Shown here piece after piece: positions 61,032-64,000 of a stretch of 64,000 bases of DNA. How positions within the stretch are numbered: the stretch's first letter is position 1; every line of letters starts with the position of its first letter. The DNA comes from Nitrospirota bacterium. GTDB taxonomy: Bacteria > Nitrospirota > Nitrospiria > Nitrospirales > Nitrospiraceae. The notes below the pieces were generated by a model, which saw only the letters and a program-made list of their open reading frames with translations, did not search any database and was not told the origin of the DNA. The DNA lies in assembly GCA_963701855.1 (NCBI GenBank), contig CAVPBK010000006.1, forward strand, positions 1,056,001 through 1,120,000. Reading direction: 5' to 3'. Both the position numbers and the translations under genes were made by a program.

Positions 61032-64000
61032 TCATTCCGGCTCCGCTAGCCCGCTCAGTTTAGCCCATTCGCTCGTCGGCCGATAACGATACAATATACC
61101 TTCCTCCGGTTCCAGCGCGACGAGGTGCACCCACTCGTTGTGATAGAAGTGTTTCAGCACATCGTGCCGCGCGATCAGCTTGTCGATCCGTTCGCGCGGC
61201 GCTTCGACGATAGTGAGCAACCGCATCGGTTCGTGATAGGGCACCTCGCCATTCATGACGGTTTGCTTGGCCAATCCAAGCCGGAGATCGCTCCAGGGTC
61301 CCGACATGATACCAAGTCGTCCCACCACGTTGTGATAGATCTTGCTGCCGCTGCCGTACACATCGTTGTCGACCGCAGAGAAATAGTGTTCCATGTTGAT
61401 CCATTGGCCCACGACTTGTGGACCGGTCAACAGCACTTCGAGCAGACGATTGCTGGGATCCTCCCGATAGTCGTAGGAATGAAGAAAGACACGTCCTCCT
61501 AGGTCCAGCCCCTTTGTCAGCTCACGCCGCCCGATCAAGAATGCCGTATTGCTTGAGAGACCCCACTCAGGTCTGACCTGGCTCCAGTCGACGCTCCGTC
61601 GTTTGACGAGTGTTTCGGCCTTTCGCCCCTCCATGGACCGCTGGATGTCGGGAAAGCGGCCGCAGCGTTCCTGGCTGGTGAGCGCGGAAGCCTCCTGCAG
61701 ATCTTTCTGGAGTCGGGCCAAGTCTGCGCGGTGCGTCGGCGGTACGTCTTCCAAGTCGAAGACTTGTACCTCGTCGGTCGTCGTGTCCATCTGGCCGGCG
61801 AGGAAATGCGTATCTGAGGGGATGTCGATCTCGACCTTGGCCAGCAGTTCTCTCACTTTTTGGTTGTTCGCCATCATCGCGAGGACGCGGGCGTTGGGCT
61901 TGCCCTCATTTCCGCCGCAGGCGCCGCAATCCAGGGCGGATTCGTAGGGATTGTTGTCAGATGTGCTGCCGTGAGCGCAGAACAGGACGATCCGCGCGAA
62001 GTTCTTCGTCATTCCCATCATGCGCAGGGCCGTGTCCACAGTGAGCACCTGTTCTTCGAGCGTGAAGCCGGTTCGTGTGATCCGTTCCTTCTGGCGGGAT
62101 GCCGATCGTGCGTTAAGCTTGTAGTCGCGGCGCAAGGTGTCGACAATGCCGCGCAGTGCCTCGCTCGAAAGGCCTGCCTGGTTCGCTGTCTCGATCAATG
62201 CCGGCTCCGCCTCGCCCGGGCCACCCAAAGCCCATTGCCGTAATCCCTCGACCAGCGCAGGCGTAATGCGCGATCTGCGCAGCCCGACCCGTTCGGTCAG
62301 CGCCTTCGTGACCAGAGCCTGCTGCTCAGTTGCCAGCAGTTTAGCGGTTTCGGCCGGCTCCAACTTGTCGACAGTGAGCGTGGTGGCCAGCGCCGGCACG
62401 AACAAGCGCTGCAACCGGGAGGTCCAGCGCCGGTAGAGGGCCGGCAACAACGTTTTACCGAAAATGGGGAGGCTGTAGAACCAACCGAGCGATTCCACCA
62501 TGACATACGGCGTCACCACGTTTTCTTTTAGATCGTGCAATAGTGTGTGGCCTGCGTGGACCCACTTGGTCCAGGCCTCGTACTTCGTGACCTTGTGGTC
62601 GAAATAGCTTCGGGGAATTTCGCGTACTTCGTTCTTGGCACGCATGATCACCGGAAACTGTTCGGTGTCATGTTCCTTTCCCCAGGCCCGATATCGAATG
62701 AATGCAGCAAAAAATCCGGCGAATCCGAAAGTCTCGTTCGGACCGGTGGATTCGAGATGGCGCCGGAAGGGCTCGGATCGCACATCGATGCAGTAGACCG
62801 ACTGCGAATTAGGGCGAGGCGGAGACGCCACACTACTGCTCGTCGAGGTGTGCCGGGAAGAGATCCTGATCTGACTTAACAGACGCTCTTGATAGCCCAT
62901 CTCAAAGGCCTTGAGCCACAGCGGCCCATGGTCCGATTCGGGGAAAGCCTCTATCCACTCGATCAGTTGCTTCAGGGCATCGGGAGCGCTGTCGGCGAGA
63001 GCAATCGCATCGATGTCGGAGGCTTGAGCCAACGCCAGCAGTCTCTTCGCCATCCCACGCCTGGCTGCTGCCAGTTGGCGCGGGACGACCTCGGTTCTGT
63101 AGCGTTCGATCACATTGCCCCAGCCGTTTCGTTTCTGGTGTCGGAGCCGATCGACTTCCTCGGCATAGAGGGCCGGCAATCGGCCGACGACCCTTTGCCG
63201 TCTCAGATAATATTCATCCGGATAACTCCTCATGTAGGTCGTTACGGCATCGTAGCGCCCTTCGATGCCGAGTTCTTCGAGGCAGGTCTTCTGAACCAGC
63301 TCGCGCGCGTACCAGAGTCGGATGGCCAGGAACTTCACGAGTCCCGCAGGATAGGCTTTCTGCCACGGGTAGTCTCGCTCCTCTCCGCGCCACTTGATAA
63401 AGCCAGCCCAACCGGGCAGCGCGGTCAATTGCAGCGACAGATAATCCTGTCGGAGCTCTGCCGGAATGCCGAGTGCATCTAAACTGTCGAGGAGCGCGTC
63501 TTCAGGATGGTCAGGAAGTTGCGCGATCTTTCTGCAGCTGTCCTTGATTCCGCAGAGAGACCATTCGTGAGAGGCGAGCGCTTTCCAGACACCGTAGAGT
63601 CCCTTCTCTCGCTCCGGCATAGACCAGGCCGCATGGCCTTCGTCCAAGAACGCCTCGCACCACCTGACCAATTGATCGTTGATCTGTCGGACGACCTGCG
63701 TGCCGAACGTGTCGTCGCACCAGTGCGAGAGAGTCAGCCATCGTCCCAACGCCGCCTGGTCCCCTGTCACGATCTTGTCGATCCGAGTGCGCAAGTCCGG
63801 CGCCGCCAGAATAGGAGACAGTTTTGCCGAAATGCGCTCGACCGCCTCATACGAGAGGTCCGGCAGCGTTGCATCAAGAGACTCCACGATAGGCGTGCAG
63901 AGTCCTTCGGCCAGACAGGCGCGCAACACATCGCCGTGCCTCAGCGTACGCGATCCGATGCGCACCTCTTCGTGGCTGGCGAGCGGTCTTAACACGGCGT
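61032..64000 (-). CDS. dabA: DUF2309/DabA inorganic carbon transporter subunit (5' end outside the window)
   Basis: Zn-site motifs YCIDVRSE, HGS and LDCGACGG, plus RPEWGL, FLHSYD and HEPMRL. Confidence 0.92.
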   Translation of the reverse strand, partial: AVLRPLASHEEVRIGSRTLRHGDVLRACLAEGLCTPIVESLDATLPDLSYEAVERISAKLSPILAAPDLRTRIDKIVTGDQAALGRWLTLSHWCDDTFGTQVVRQINDQLVRWCEAFLDEGHAAWSMPEREKGLYGVWKALASHEWSLCGIKDSCRKIAQLPDHPEDALLDSLDALGIPAELRQDYLSLQLTALPGWAGFIKWRGEERDYPWQKAYPAGLVKFLAIRLWYARELVQKTCLEELGIEGRYDAVTTYMRSYPDEYYLRRQRVVGRLPALYAEEVDRLRHQKRNGWGNVIERYRTEVVPRQLAAARRGMAKRLLALAQASDIDAIALADSAPDALKQLIEWIEAFPESDHGPLWLKAFEMGYQERLLSQIRISSRHTSTSSSVASPPRPNSQSVYCIDVRSEPFRRHLESTGPNETFGFAGFFAAFIRYRAWGKEHDTEQFPVIMRAKNEVREIPRSYFDHKVTKYEAWTKWVHAGHTLLHDLKENVVTPYVMVESLGWFYSLPIFGKTLLPALYRRWTSRLQRLFVPALATTLTVDKLEPAETAKLLATEQQALVTKALTERVGLRRSRITPALVEGLRQWALGGPGEAEPALIETANQAGLSSEALRGIVDTLRRDYKLNARSASRQKERITRTGFTLEEQVLTVDTALRMMGMTKNFARIVLFCAHGSTSDNNPYESALDCGACGGNEGKPNARVLAMMANNQKVRELLAKVEIDIPSDTHFLAGQMDTTTDEVQVFDLEDVPPTHRADLARLQKDLQEASALTSQERCGRFPDIQRSMEGRKAETLVKRRSVDWSQVRPEWGLSSNTAFLIGRRELTKGLDLGGRVFLHSYDYREDPSNRLLEVLLTGPQVVGQWINMEHYFSAVDNDVYGSGSKIYHNVVGRLGIMSGPWSDLRLGLAKQTVMNGEVPYHEPMRLLTIVEAPRERIDKLIARHDVLKHFYHNEWVHLVALEPEEGILYRYRPTSEWAKLSGLAEPE

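Overview
This 64 kb window spans the replication-origin region of a bacterial chromosome. It is most likely a Nitrospira, and possibly a comammox strain, an inference from gene content and an AmoD/E-PmoD-like gene. The core block is hisS-dsrEFH(tusDCB-like)-oriC-dnaA-dnaN-gyrB-gyrA-dciA-smpB, followed by thyX, a TPR gene, a PII-like gene and a 5'-truncated dabA. About 39 kb of accessory genes separate smpB from the tmRNA gene ssrA (4370-4719). They include a type II restriction-modification pair, a redox/quinone-stress operon, an AT-rich cyclase-like + HEPN-like pair, an FhlA-like sigma54 activator, two RND pumps, an ABC exporter and detoxification genes. The most notable non-obvious signals are: (1) a dispersed ~120-nt hairpin repeat with compensatory base changes, plus two related repeat families; (2) a readable sigma54 regulon (two -24/-12 promoters with matching TGCCGA-N4-TCGGCA-type upstream sites) linking an orphan PmoD-like copper protein to an efflux operon; (3) a methyltransferase promoter with two GACGTC palindromes in its spacer; (4) a proteasome-beta-like gene bracketed by inverted repeat copies; (5) a HEPN-like gene that looks like an integron cassette. 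I saw no CRISPR array, rRNA, tRNA, integrase or transposase. All calls come from motif recognition by eye; no database searches were run.
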